The notes under the pieces are model-generated. The model was not told where the DNA came from and did no database searches. It saw only the letters and a program-made list of their open reading frames with translations. The translations under genes and the position numbers were made by a program. A stretch of 64,000 nucleotides of DNA, from positions 3,100,001 to 3,164,000 of the forward strand of contig JAYWIR010000007.1 of assembly GCA_036172245.1 (NCBI GenBank), read 5' to 3'. The DNA is from Raillietiella orientalis. Taxonomy: Eukaryota. Positions 27,341-40,200 of the stretch are shown one piece after another (within the stretch, counting starts at the first letter, position 1; each line of letters begins with the position of its first letter).

Positions 27341-28499
27341 AAGAGCGTTTCCCCGTGAACAGAAGGAATACATGTTTTGCATATGATCTGTTTGCCAACT
27401 CTACGATTGAAGATGATCTGCATCCGGGGTTCTTTAGTTTCTGGAAGATGGAATGATCTTGGATTGATTCGGTCACGACTGTATCTTCCGCAGCCTCGAG
27501 TAAATAAACGTGAATCTGGGCGACCGCTTGCTAACATGTGTGGATTTCCGTCAGCTATACGTTAGTGCATCGTGCTCGGGCATTCTCCACAAATCTAGGC
27601 GCGTTCTCCCCTTCTGCGGCTCTCCGAGTAGATTCTCCCGCTTTCCATGGTTCCTTCGGGAAGGCCACTTTGCAAGCTCTCTCTGAATTTCCCCCCTTAC
27701 ATCTGCTGAAAAAAAAAAAAAACAGAAACTTCACCGCTCTGTGGCTATAATCTTGACGTTCGTGCGCATCCAGCTCTGTCCCCGCCGACAGGGAAACGAT
27801 AAAAGCAGCAGATTTGGGAGCGCTAGGCTGAGCGCCACCGTTCTTGGGAGCATCATCACAGGTAGACGCTCCCTGTGCTTGGGAGCTGCCTTGAAAAGGA
27901 GCCAAATAAGCGTCATCCTTAGGCAAGGGACGCGAAACTTGAAATCATCTCCCCTCGGTCCCTGGGAAGCAACATCTGTAGGATGCAGACATTCAGGAGA
28001 TGGAAAAATCAACATCTGGAGACAAGAACTTTCAGATGCCTCCTGCTTCCGTGTTCCTTCGCGTTGTGTCCTCTTTTTTCGGTTCAAATCTCATGAGGCA
28101 TGAGCATCACTGGCTCACCTACCAACTCGAGCTGTCTTTGCATCCAGAAGAGAAAGGAAAGATAGCCACTTGAATGATGAACCTGGGGGAGAGGAGAGCT
28201 GCAAAGGAGAGATGCCAGTTGTTTCATCAGATTTCCGGGATAGCTCTGATATCACAGTTCATGTGAATGCACGTCCTCTTAGCATCCCCCGCTTCATTCT
28301 GAATGCCATCTTGTTGTTTTGCCATTTTGCGTCAGTTCAGGAGCGAGTGCAAAGAAGCCTCGACCTGACTTTGAAGAGTTGGCATGTTTCTCGTGGAGTC
28401 TCCGCAGTTCGTTTTCAACGATCTGTGCCGAACGTGACCAGATGGTGAAGACCGCCCCCGAAGCTTCTCTGCATTCCTCCTCTGCAGCGAAGGCGAGGG

Positions 28500-28800
28500 C
28501 GGAGGGGCTCCTTAAGCGCGGCAAAGGTTGGCCTTGAAGTGAGCAGCCTTGAGGAGCAGCCGGTGGTGCTCCAGGTATCCCGTGGTCCCCAGTACGTGGA
28601 ACAGTGGTATGTCGATGTGCGCGATGGATGAGTCGATGTTAACGTGAGGGGGACGGTGCTTCACTGGTAAAAGGTGGGAGCCCAGCAATGATGCTGCGTT
28701 ACGAGAGTTAGGGGCTCCCAGGACAAAATGGGTCAGCATATGGTATCCTTCTGCATCCGGCACACTAGAGACATCTATATGAAAGACATGTAATCATTCC
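28500..28800 (-). mobile_element. Second LINE C-terminal fragment related to 26850-27340
   Basis: AEGYHMLTHFVLGAPNSRNAA vs AEGCHKVPRFVLGAPNTRNAA, with clear DNA similarity over about 85 bp. Confidence 0.55.
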
Positions 28801-29179
28801 TTTTATGGGGACAACTCCGGAGCGCAATTCCTTCGGCATCTCCATCGTTGGTAGACAAGAGTCAATTCAGAGGACCTAAATGGACCAGGAAAAGGCACAC
28901 AGACGAATCTCTCCTACCAACGTAAGCTGCAGGCTTCTGGCAGTGTAACGCGTTGCCAGTGGAGCACAGCAGCAGTTTTCTTTCTCGAGGCCCACCTGCC
29001 TAAATCGGCTCCATGACTCCAGATAGCCCCCTGTGCTAAGCGGGCAAAGCTGTGGTGACCAGTAGATCTCCCCTAATTTTTTTCAATCAGTGAATGTGGC
29101 AGGGAAAGTTTGCGGAAGTAGGCATTCCGTTATCTATCTTTTAGAACGGAGGCGTGGTCCAGCTGCCTTCAGTTTTAAC

Positions 29180-29830
29180 CCACGAAAACCACTAGTTTGA
29201 AGGGATATGTATCCCTCCAAGAAACAAGAAACGCCCATACAACAAGTTCAACGGGGTGACAACCGGCACGTAGATCAGCTTCAAAAAAGAAGGGAATAGA
29301 GGGAGGGGACACACAAAAAACAAAAAAAACAAGGGTGGGTGAGGACAGGGATCTTTGGCCTGAGACGTTCCCCTTCTTCTAGAAGTGCCGCTCGACGATG
29401 GTGACTTCCCTGGAGACTTTTCTGGGAAGATGAGACCACCTTGCAGCTGCCTTCATAAGGTTTACTGCTATGCTGGTGGCGTCTTTTCGCTGCGAACTTC
29501 CTTGCAGCTTACGACGGGCTGTCACGTTGGCGCGGATGCAAGAGGTTGTTGCGATCACAGCGCCTTTCTTCAGTCCGTCTTTGGTGGAGAAGCGCCGCAC
29601 TAAATTAGTGGTAGTGTCCTGGGGAAGGCGAAGCGCCGAAGCAAGTCCCCTCCATAACTCTTGGAGGTCATTGCATTCCACAAGAAGGTGCAAGAGCGAT
29701 TCCATCGTCCTGCACCAGCGGCCGCCTCCAGAAGGCAGACTTGGCGATAGGCCCGTTCCGGAATGGCAAGTTTCTCTTGCTGGAACGGGCCGCGGTGTGG
29801 AACGCACCAACACCTGAATCTTCTGCTGGG
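29180..29830 (-). mobile_element. 5'-truncated L1/Tx1-like LINE 3' end (more diverged family)
   Basis: ORF 29379-29894(-) contains WCRTMESLLHLLVECNDLQELW (zf-RVT-like) and MKAAARW. A U-rich UTR and the shared hairpin (29261-29279) follow. Confidence 0.75.
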
Positions 29831-29834
29831 TAGC

Positions 29835-30870
29835 GAGCGGTGGTGCCTGGCTGCAGGAAACCGTGGGCCAAGAACAAGAAGCGAGCCCGGACATGCCGCA
29901 ACGACTGCTGCACTCCTACAACAACCGCTCGTTGTAGGACATCATCGTGCAGCCCACCACGTTTACGAGGTCTCAAAGAACCTTCCTTGCCGCAGCAGTG
30001 CCCTCCCTCAGGAAGCACTTGGGCAGTAACTAGCCGGCCAAATGGAGGTCCGATGTGAGATCGGTGGAAGGGCGAACGAATTAGGTGGTTCAACCACTGG
30101 CCAGCACACGGGCGCTGCGACCCCAAGTGATCAACCGAAGGAACTTTTGAGCTGGGGTGAGCCGCTGGGAATCCTACAGGAAGATCTTGAGTGGCTCCCA
30201 GTGCTGAAGAACAATCGGGCCCTCCCCCTGAAGTGACAGGAGTCGAAACTTGTGCTGCCACACTGCGGTATCCCGTGCAACGTCCGCCTCTCTCACTGGA
30301 CCCAGAGGGCTGTGGACTCCAACTGTAGCAGGTGAAGAGAACGGGAATCCCTCCTGCACCTGCTCGTAGACTGTGTTGTCCTCCGGCCCCTGTGATTGCG
30401 TTACGCACCGGACCTTGGTGAACCGACGGACAATCCCAGGGACGTGATGAAGCGCCCCTTCGTGAATGATGCCGCGTCCCTAACAGCTCCTTGCTGCCTA
30501 CGAGGGATTGTGGCGGCCTGGAGCTACACGAGAGGAGGATGGCGCGATAGGGACGTCATCTGCTTTGCCCTGAGCTTTATGAGGACGGCAGCTAGATGGC
30601 TCCACTTGGGAGATACTCGAATGGAACTTGCCGGATTCCTGGAAAGGATGCAGAGGACGCCCTCCAGCGGACAGTGATCCCTTCCCATGCCCCCAGGGTT
30701 TTTTTTCTACTATTGATTTTTATTTTATTTTTACTTTTGTTTGCCCCTCCTCTGACGAGGCGAACCTCGCCGGCCTGCGTGTCGGTTACTCGGCAGGTTC
30801 CGAACATTTCCTCGGCAGGGCCGATGGTCCTACACATATGTGTCTCTTGTTTTTATAATAAACGACCTGG
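29835..30870 (+). mobile_element. 5'-truncated L1/Tx1-like LINE, homologous to 17994-19060(-)
   Basis: LGILQEDLEWLPVLKNNRALPLK...HCGIPCN...ESLLHLLVDC...FMRTAARWLHLG...LAGFLERMQRTP aligns with the 18 kb copy (LGITEEDLQWAAVLMNTRTLLLK...HWGLPCN...FMRITSRWLLMG...AGILTRMQRTP). T-rich UTR and AATAAA near 30857. Confidence 0.82.
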
Positions 30871-33810
30871 AGTTACCGGACGTTAAACCAAGCAGGTCAC
30901 TTCACCTGAGGAGTCCCTTTGCTTCACAGCGGCGCAGTTTGAAACTGCGTCGGAACACGCGATCTTCCGATCCGTGTGAAACACCGAATGGCAATGGAAG
31001 TCTTTCTCGTTCCTTGATTTCTTGCTTCCTTTCTTCTTCCTTCGAATGGCATGCTCAGGGGAAGAGGAAAATTCCCTTTCATCAGCTCACTGCCCTTGAT
31101 CCCAACGAATTCTCTTAAAAATCGTTCCACGCAGTCATCACGACCCTCCCCTCCCCCTCCTGGAAAAAAAGAAAAAACGATTCCGTAGACAATACAATTC
31201 TCTCCTGGAGAGTAATGGAACCCATCATTTCCATTCTCGATTAGTGGAAGATTCTCTTTAGTATAAGCTTTTTTATGAAGCCTTCTATGCTCTACCTTCA
31301 AACACGTTATTTTTTACACTGTGGAAAATGTTCCCTTCGGTGCGCATCGTCTCTGAAGAGCCGTCTTTGGTTCATCCCCTAAAGCATTCAATGTTTAAAG
31401 CATCCAAGGAGTCGGACTTCGTGAATTTCTTGTGCTGAAATCTGGTCCAGTCAATTGCCATTACGAAGATTACTGTGATTTGCATCTTTGTGCGTTCTAA
31501 GCTTATGCATTTCTGCATCCACTAAGAGTAGTCGTTTTTCCACTGACAAATGTGAAAGAGGCAGAGGAAAGAATTCGTTTCACCAAAGTGCGAGCAGGTC
31601 ATGATGCTCGCGTTTGCAGCAGCAGACACAGGCACTTTCGATCACGAAGTGCCAAAACCTGGGGGACACTCATCTTGGAATGTGAGCATGCATACGCACG
31701 TAGAGAGAATACGGAGCATATGCGTACAGTGTGTACATTACATAATCTCCTGATCGGGCATATGCATTAGGAAGAAAATTCTTCTTCCGACAAGAAAATT
31801 CGCAATGGGTAAAAGTTGGGCTTGCAGTTTTCGATTGTGCAATGATAAAAGAATCATTTTGTTTAATGCTGATTGCATGCGAGGTGCGTGGGAACATCTG
31901 CTGATGAATTTTCTGATTAAATGTGTAAGTAGTGAATTTATAGAGATTTTTGTAAGCAATAATGGGTTCATATGTTAGTATGAAATTGGGAAATATGCTG
32001 TTACGTTGTGAAATGGTAAAAACAGTCAGGAGCGAAGTCATAGGCACGTTCCTGTCATTTTTAGTTGGAATGGCAATAGTTTCCGGAACTCAGATAAAAC
32101 ATACAATGATAGAATGACACTGTTGCGAGGAGAATTCTAAGTTTTTGATAATTGCATTAGTGCGAATAATGGAAGCATCTCTTGGGAAGTTGAGCGAACA
32201 GCAATTAATCCTTGTTAGCAGTTCCTGTATGATCTTGCCAGTTTTTGTTTTTAGATGCGACTTGAACAGTCATGGTCTCGTAGAAATATGGTAATTGTCT
32301 TCAACGACTTTCGTTGGTGGATTCTACACATGTGCATGCCATGTGTGTGAACACTACACTGTGCCCATATACATAGTGAAGGAAGCGAAAAGACCGATTT
32401 GTTTATTGTAAAGGTTTAAACTGATTCTCATATGATCCTTGCAGAATGCTTTAGAATATTTTGGTGATGGATCTATCCAGGGACATGAGGCAGCAGCAGG
32501 TGTTCGGCTGCCATCTGTTGAACTTTATGCAAACTAAACCGTGCACCACATAGCGCAAGATGAGTTTTGCGATTCCGCTAGATGGGACCTCAAGGCACCT
32601 TATATTCCTCGGAACACACTCCGCATGTTTGCGAAACTGCCTGTAATCCTCGCCGATGTACCACGCCGGATCCAATCTTGTAAAAATGCGTACTAATGCT
32701 CGATGTTACGGTGCTGTACAGCAGTCAGAATACTTATGAAGTAATTCAAGGAGCTCCTTTCGAACCAACGAAAATGATTCGTGGTCCTATAGACAAGGAA
32801 TTCCAAACCATTGCGCATAATAAATACCTGATGAGGGAGACACTAACATAGGAAAAGAGGTAGGGGAAAAAATTCCTTGCTTAGCTCCTTGCATCACATC
32901 CTCTACCCGAGACTGCTCTTTTAAAGCAAGGACTGTGAACGCAAAAATCCCGATCCTCTTGAAGATCGTGGAAATTCAACTGAGCAGGAGGTCTCTTCCT
33001 ACTTTCCGGCGAACGTCGAAGAGGGTCTGTTCGTGAAAGAGTGATGACTAAGGTTGGTCCATCTGAAACAAGGGTGGAGGCCAAGTTGCACTTGTTTACT
33101 AAATAGGAGGCCAAGTTCCCTAAATAGGAGGTACAAATTCTGCTGCATGAACCTCATTTTCTATGGTCCTCCCGAATCGCTTCTGTCTTGAACACCTTCG
33201 CATCGGTCCTTAAAAGACGCATCGATTCCCCACTGGGTGGCAGTCTCATCGGTTAGTCTTGCTTACGAGACCATCAGCTCTTTTCAAGATCCTGCTCGAT
33301 TCTTCGAAAGCGCGGGAGCATTGGCATCCCCTTCCAGATCGAGAACCAACTCTTGACTTCATTTCATTTGCATCTCATGTCCTTCCCGACTTTTGCAATG
33401 ATTTCTATTGACCTTGCATGGTGAGCCCTGTCTTCTCTGAAGAATCGGATAGTCACCCTGGAAACTCCATGTGCTCTCTTCGTGGAAGCAACAAGTCTCG
33501 GCACTGCAGTATCTCGAATCCGCTCCACCGACTCCCCACCTCACTTGAGTCCTCGCCCGGTGGTTTTGGCCACATCACTAGAAGATGCTGAGAGGGTCGT
33601 GCGAAAACCTCAGCTGAAGACAACGGTAGCGCGACACAGCTTCGACCCCACTTTCTCTCCAATACAGTCTGCCTCCTCGTCCTCCACGGTTCCTGGAAAG
33701 CAAATTGAGGGATCCCCACGTTTTCTCGAAGACGGGAAGGAGAAGGATGTGTCCTCATTCCGCTTATCCCTACAGCACTTTTCCTCGCTCCCTGAGCAGT
33801 TTTTGACCTT

Positions 33811-33900
33811 AGTCTCTGAGATTTTAGTCTGTCTCGAGACCCCAGTCTGTCTCTGGGACTCCAGTATGTCTCTGAGATATCAGTCTTTCTCTGAGACATA
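33811..33900. repeat. Short minisatellite, about 18-bp unit (CAGTCTGTCTCTGAGA..) x about 5
   Basis: Direct inspection: AGTCTCTGAGA, AGTCTGTCTCGAGA, CAGTCTGTCTCTGGGA, CAGTATGTCTCTGAGA, CAGTCTTTCTCTGAGA. Confidence 0.75.
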
Positions 33901-33949
33901 AGGCTCTGGATGAGGCACTTCATTCTCTTAAATGCCCTATCCAGAGGGG

Positions 33950-36900
33950 GAAGTTCGATCTCAAATGAAGATCTTCCTGGTTACGAGATGACTGAATTAA
34001 GAATTTAGAGTTTGCCTTTGTGAAAACCCGGGAGGGAAGTGAACTGACCAGTGGAGGCCGGCTAGAAAAGTGCCCTAGAGATGTAAGAGTGAAGATACGG
34101 GGTTCTGTGGAGACACCCAGGTTGCACGTTCCCTTTCAGATGGCGGCAACCCCAGAGTGCCACCTGACTCTCTGGAGGTTTCTCCTGAGTGTTGAATCTA
34201 AGTCGTCCCCATTGCTATGCCCTCTTGAAGAAGGACGGTCAGCCTACCTTCTCCCCTTCCTAGCCTGCCATGGCGCTCTTTCCCGACACCGAGAAGCCTC
34301 GCAGGCGAATACTAAAAGCCACATGCTACATCAGAAGGTAAGCAGTCCGAGATCCGCTCCACTCGCAATCGGCGATCCCATAGCAACGGACCGTGATCGT
34401 CAGCCTCACCTCACCGGCGACGGGTCGGCTCTTCAGTACCCACGCGATCCCTTCAGATGAGGATACAATCCATGAAATACCTGAGTGTCTCCGAGGAGCC
34501 CTTCTTGTGAGTGACGAGTCTCCAGAAAGGGATTTGACACCACCTCTCACGTGCCCGGTCTGCTGGTCAGGGTGCCTCTCCCGGAGCTCTCGCGAAACCG
34601 AGCCCGTGACGCGGGTGCCAATCTTCCTTGGATCTCGTCTCCTCGAGAGACTGCCAAGAACTCCTGTGCACCTCGACCGCCACTACTCGTTCCGCAGAAG
34701 GCCTGGAACGTGGACCGGGGCGAGCATCTCCTTTCCCTCCGCTGTCCCCCGATGGTCTGGAACGCAACCCGGCCTGGGGCATTTCTTCTCCCTGAAAGCA
34801 ACTCGAGATGAACCTTGGCGGCTGCGCTAGCCCCACAAACCGCGGAGATCGAAGGGAGGGAGGAGAGAAGAGAAGAGTGCGGAAGGAGGGAGGAACCGCC
34901 GGCTGCCCTTGGGCTGGAAGGACGGAGAGGGACAGAGACGCTCCCGGGAGATCGCCGTTGCCGCGGCGACGGACTGCAGAGGCGACGGCAGCGGCCAGGG
35001 ACCGTCTACGTGCGTGGGCTGCACTAATCGCCGAGGTCACGCGACGGTGGAAACGAGAAACGTGCGCTCACCTGGAGGGAGCGCTGGCGAGAGCCGTCCC
35101 TGTCGTCTCTGCGGTCCGGGCAGCTCCCCCTCCCCCTCCATCCCGGTGGTCTCCTCCTGGCTGTGAGGACCAAGCTGCCGTCTCCGCTTCTTCTCCCTGA
35201 TGCTCCTGTCGCGTCTCCCGAGGAACTGGCGATGCTGCTGCTGTGGTGGTGGCGGTGGTGGCAGGATGAGGGCTCGAAGAGGAGAGTTCAGACAGAGAGA
35301 AACAGGGATTCCTAGGGAACGTCACTTTGCAGCTGCGACCCCCGGGCCGTCCAGGAAAGGCTAAGAAGAGTCACCTGTGCTTCGACGCGTCCTTCGGGAG
35401 AGGAACGTGGGGCGGTCAGTGAGCTCTAGTTTGACCCTCTTCGTCAGGCCGTACACAATTTCATCTTCCACCAGCTGACCTGTCTCCACCGTGCGGATCG
35501 AAGACAGTTCCTTGCGTGATCTCCCTCCCAGTGGCGTCCTCATGCTCAGGAAGCTGCGAACTCTCCTCTCCCCTCCTCCTCCAGTGCTGTGCCGACTCTC
35601 AGTACCTCCGTTACCTCTGCATCTGTTCTTTTTCTCCATGCTTGAGAAATGTGGATTCTGGGAGCAGTCATTGAGGTCAACAGGAAGGACTAAAGGATAA
35701 GGAAGGGACGCCGTGTATGGAAGCTGCAGGCAAGAGGAGGCGCTAAAAATGCAACTCTTGAGATCGGGATGCGGCCGCGAGATGGCTGCTCAGAACCAAA
35801 GATGGCCGATTTCTGCGCCGCGCTCCGGGATGTAGTATCTGGCGCCGCTGCATCCTGAAGCACGGCGCAGGGGGGAGCTGGTTTGCGCTTACCGCTTCCG
35901 TCGAAGCGTCCCCGAAGATGGCGCTTCCGTCAATGTCTTCTCTCCCGCGTCCCGACTGCGCAAGCTGCGGAGCCGTTACCTTCTCCCCGGACTGAGACCG
36001 CTTCACCTCCCTGCAGAGTCACCCGCCTCAGCCCGGAGAAAGGTCCAGCCGGCTGAGTTCCCAGCGGCCCGGCATTTCCCTCTTTCCGCCCCCTTTCGAA
36101 TTCTCTCAGGGGGACGCGCGCGCGTCCCAGATGCCGTCGCGTCTTCCCGGCGGCCTGCTCCAAAGGCCCTCGGCAGTCCCGTCACGCTCCGCACCCCCCT
36201 CTTGCCTGCCTGCCAGAACGCCTTCAAGAGAGTTCAGAGGCAGTTGTAGCCCTTATCCCAGGGTGATTGATGGAGGCCTTATCCTGGAGAGCGATCTCTC
36301 TAAGAGAGATCTGGACGGGATGCAGCGGCCAGCTGTCGCCAGCAGAGAGGCGAGAGTTCTCCTTTCTTTGTCTTTCTTCAAGGAGCAGCTGCGTCGGAGG
36401 CACCCCAGTCAGCCTTGGGGAAGAGGGCCAGCAAGAGGCTGCTCTCCCTTATCTCAGGAGGATCCGGAAAAGGAGGGGAGACGAGGGGGATCTTTTCTTG
36501 CGGCGCTCGCCGAGCGCGTAGCACCTTCGAGAACGCACGGTCTCTGATTCCCGGGCTGTTCAAGACGTCCTTCTGGTCTCGTCCTGCAGGATCCTCGCCG
36601 TTGTCCACGGCAAGGATCGGCTCTCCCGGCGCGCTTCAAGCGAGTAGGCGCCTGAACTCTCGCGAGTGTCGAGGTCTGGCGTGTGCTACCACGCTACGGA
36701 TGGTACGGTCAGTGATCCACGGGAGGGAGCATTTTGCGTTGCTGTCAGCCAAACTCAGCATCATGTGGATGTCGTCGTCCTCCAAGTGACCTGTCTCCTT
36801 GATGCGGTCTCGGCCATCTCCCGTCTCGGATTCCAAGTGTCATGAGAAAAAGAGTTAAGGAGGAAATATAGTGGGCAGCAAGAAGGTAAAATTCTTTTCT

Positions 36901-37200
36901 GACACAGAGATGGGCGTTTCTGTGCCAGAAAGGCAAGTTATCCGGCAGGCGAGGACCGGAAGCTGCATGCCGCAGAACACAGTCCGGAGTCAGCTTCATT
37001 TGCGAGGAAGAGGAAGTTTCTCTGTCTTCCTATCAACCGGAACAGCAGGAGCACGCTGTGAAACATCTGTTCCTGCTCCCTCTCTCCTGATGTACCAGCG
37101 CATTTTCATCCCGATGGCCACCACTTCCACACTCCTGAGGAAGTTTCACTATAATGGCATCTATCAGCAATTGCCACTAGAGTCAGGAAGACCTCTTTGA
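33950..37200 (-). mobile_element. Decayed LINE apurinic-endonuclease-like fragments (probably more than one element)
   Basis: Minus-strand ATWVSP near 34110 (TWxSP motif of RTE APE) and GDxN-like motifs near 34205 and 37110. Confidence 0.3.
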
Positions 37201-40200
37201 CGCGTCTTCCTCTGAGCTAGCTTTCCATGGAGCTACGTCCTCTTCTGGACATCTCTCCCTCTCATAAGCTCGCACCTCTGCAAAGCTATGTCGCCTAGGA
37301 GCTCGATGCCACTGAGTCAGACAGAGAAACAGCAAGTCTCAGAGGCAAGGAGAGGTAACGTTTTGCCCTTTCCCATCTGCCGTCCCGGCCTTCGCAAATC
37401 TCCTCCCAGCTGGGTAGCCTATAGTCTTTGACATGCCCCACGGGGACGAGTGTGGATGGAGAGGGGAAAGAAGGGATATAGAAGTGAGAAGGAAGAAGGA
37501 GAAATGAGGGAGAGAGAAGGAAGGGATGTTCCTACTTATAAGCGGAGGATGCTGACGACAATGTAAGGATGTGCAAGTGGCACACATTCAGGTCATCCAA
37601 CGGTGGCGTGCGAAGCATCGCCACCGGAGCGAAATCGACATGGACTTTTGTTAGCTGCGGATGAGGAGTACCATCTCAAGGATCATATTCTGTGATCCTT
37701 TCTTCCGTAGGCGCCCACTGTCCTGGTCCACGAATCCCGGTGCTGTCGCCGCAGTGACCGATGAGTCACTCTCAGTGAGCGAGATGAGCCGCTCCGGCTC
37801 ATTCCGGAGCATCGTCCTCCTCGTTACGCCTTCTCGAGTGCTCTCGGATTTGGAAAAGGGAGAGCCGGAAAAGATGCTGAAAAAAAGAACCATCCGAACT
37901 TTTCTGGTCGCTCCCGAGAAAAGTGAGTGCACGTCCTGGCAACTTTCTTTCTCCTTCTGGACAGCAGCAAGGAAGAGCAGAGCGGAGACATTTTGAACAT
38001 ATCTAGGAAATAAGGCTGGAGAATAGAGAAATGCTTCCATCTTCCTCTGGCAGAGATGGAAGACGAGAAAACGCTGCCCAGAGTCAGGAGAAACACCCGA
38101 CTGGTGCCTCACTTGTGCTCACGGGTGCAAGATCGCCACCGGAAGGAATGTACGGTCTACGCTTCTTGGCCTTTTGTCTAGGATCAGAGTGGAGGGAACA
38201 CACGTGGCTGAACGAATTCTAGGAGCTACTGCTCCCTACCCCCGTTTCTTCTCCCTACGACCATCCGAGGAAGAATGTTCAATATGCAGTCTTTCTGTGT
38301 GGAGGATCCAGGATCTACCGCTTTCCGAAGGCGTACAGCAGGAAGGCTTCTGAGTTGATTCCCACCCACGGGAGCATACCTCACACGAAAATGACAGTCT
38401 TTGAGCCGATCATCACCAGAACCAACGTCTTCGGGTGAACCAGGGATTAAGGACGTAGCCGGAGCATGGCTGCAAGAGTTGCCAGAGCATGGCTGTCGTT
38501 GTTGTCAGAGTCACGCGCGGCTCCACTAACTGGATGTGAGGCCACCATTCGCTAAGAGCAAACGGCAGAAGAGTGGAAGCTGCTTCGGCAAAATGAAAGA
38601 GGTGAAGATGGGCGGGTCCCGATGTTTAAGAGATGGTCAACAACGCACTCTTTGGAGAGATCCTCCAGTAATTCTTCTTTAGAGATGCTGTTTATCATCT
38701 CCACCAGTTTCTCCTCCTTCTTACCCTCTGCTCCCTTAAGAAATCTCAACGGAAGGGGGTAATGTGGAGTAAACAACAACGGAAACCAAAAGGCGTAGAA
38801 ATGTCACCAATGTAAGATCATAGCCTAGGAGATGAAGCAGAGAGCATTGTCTGGGGGAGAGAACTCAGATTATCTGCTCCCTAGGGATCATCGTAGTTCA
38901 TCTCCAACCTACCGCTCCTCTGCTTCCAGGAATCAACAAAGGAGTATCCGTCTGCTTGACGGGTTTTAACAGCTCACTCTTTATTCACGGCATGGCGAAG
39001 GGCGCCTTCGCATTCGACACCACCACGCAACGTCTCCAAAATCGTCTTCAATCAAGGGTCCCCTAGAAACAGAATTCGAGTTTTCTTGTCATCAAGAAGG
39101 CTCTTCTCGACTCCTTGGTCGCCACGAGTGAAGTGCACAAATAAAACACGGTCTTGTAGAGCTGAAGAGAGCAACGCCTCGTCCAGAAGCTGCTCGTTCT
39201 TCCACCAAGGGCACGTCATCTCGGCTCTCCAAGCAACGTCTGCCTGGATCACTTTAGCAAATCATTGCGGCGGTGTGCGGCGGAGGTGTGGAGCAAATCT
39301 AGCTCTTTTTCCTCGCATCTTCATCCACATCCGCAAATTTCCGACACCTTCCATGAGATCTCCCATCTGCTGCTGCTCTGCTTCGTGGGTCGGCGTGCCC
39401 TTTTTCTGGTTCCTGTCTTCCTCTTTTCTAGGAGTCGCTGTCTCGTTATCCGATGCAAGACTTGTTTCTGAGTCAACCCACGAGTTACAACGTTCTCGCA
39501 TCCTTTTTTCCTTCCTTTTCAGGCTCTTATTCTTCTTCGATGGGCGCAGGCGATGATGTCCCGCAGTCCTGTCCACCGATCCTTGATTCATGGCCCATGC
39601 TCTGCATCTCAGTGCTGAATGAACTGCTTCTCGCTTTTGACACATCGCGATGCTTCCGCATCCTGGCCATGGGGCAAGGAATCAGACGGTGCTCCTACGT
39701 CTCCTCCTTTCCACCATTGGCTACATTGCTCCAATTGCAGTTTTTCTTCCGGGTTTCACTGCAGAGAGATCTCCCGTTCCCGTCCTCACCTACTCCCTTA
39801 GCCGTCCATTTCGCAGAGAGCCATCTTCCTTCAGCTGCTCCCCTCATGTGTCGGACGGGGCACTCCTGAGGTGTGTCTATCCTGAAAAGGACAGATCCGA
39901 AGCCCATCCCTGAGGGAGTCACTAAAGTCCTGAGAGCGATTCTCAAGTAAATAGGCAGGAGTAAGATACCCAGGAGATCCACATGGACAGAAATGGGGCT
40001 TTCTTTGCAGAGCTGGAGCGAGAAGACGAGTAGAAATCTCGAGAGGTCAAGAAGTGCGATCAGCGGGGAATCGGAGATCCTCCCGGGGGGACTTGCCCAG
40101 ATGACCCCAGTTTCTCCAGCTCTTATCTCCTAGCAGATGTTCAGGAGCAGGCGCCAAGAGAGAACCTTATCTGATCTGATCTTTCCAGGCATATCTAAGC

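Noticed and set aside
17994..30870. Large inverted repeat suggesting a 13-kb DNA transposon with TIRs
   Set aside because: The two arms are diverged LINE 3' ends with coding motifs, and the left one has its own TSD.
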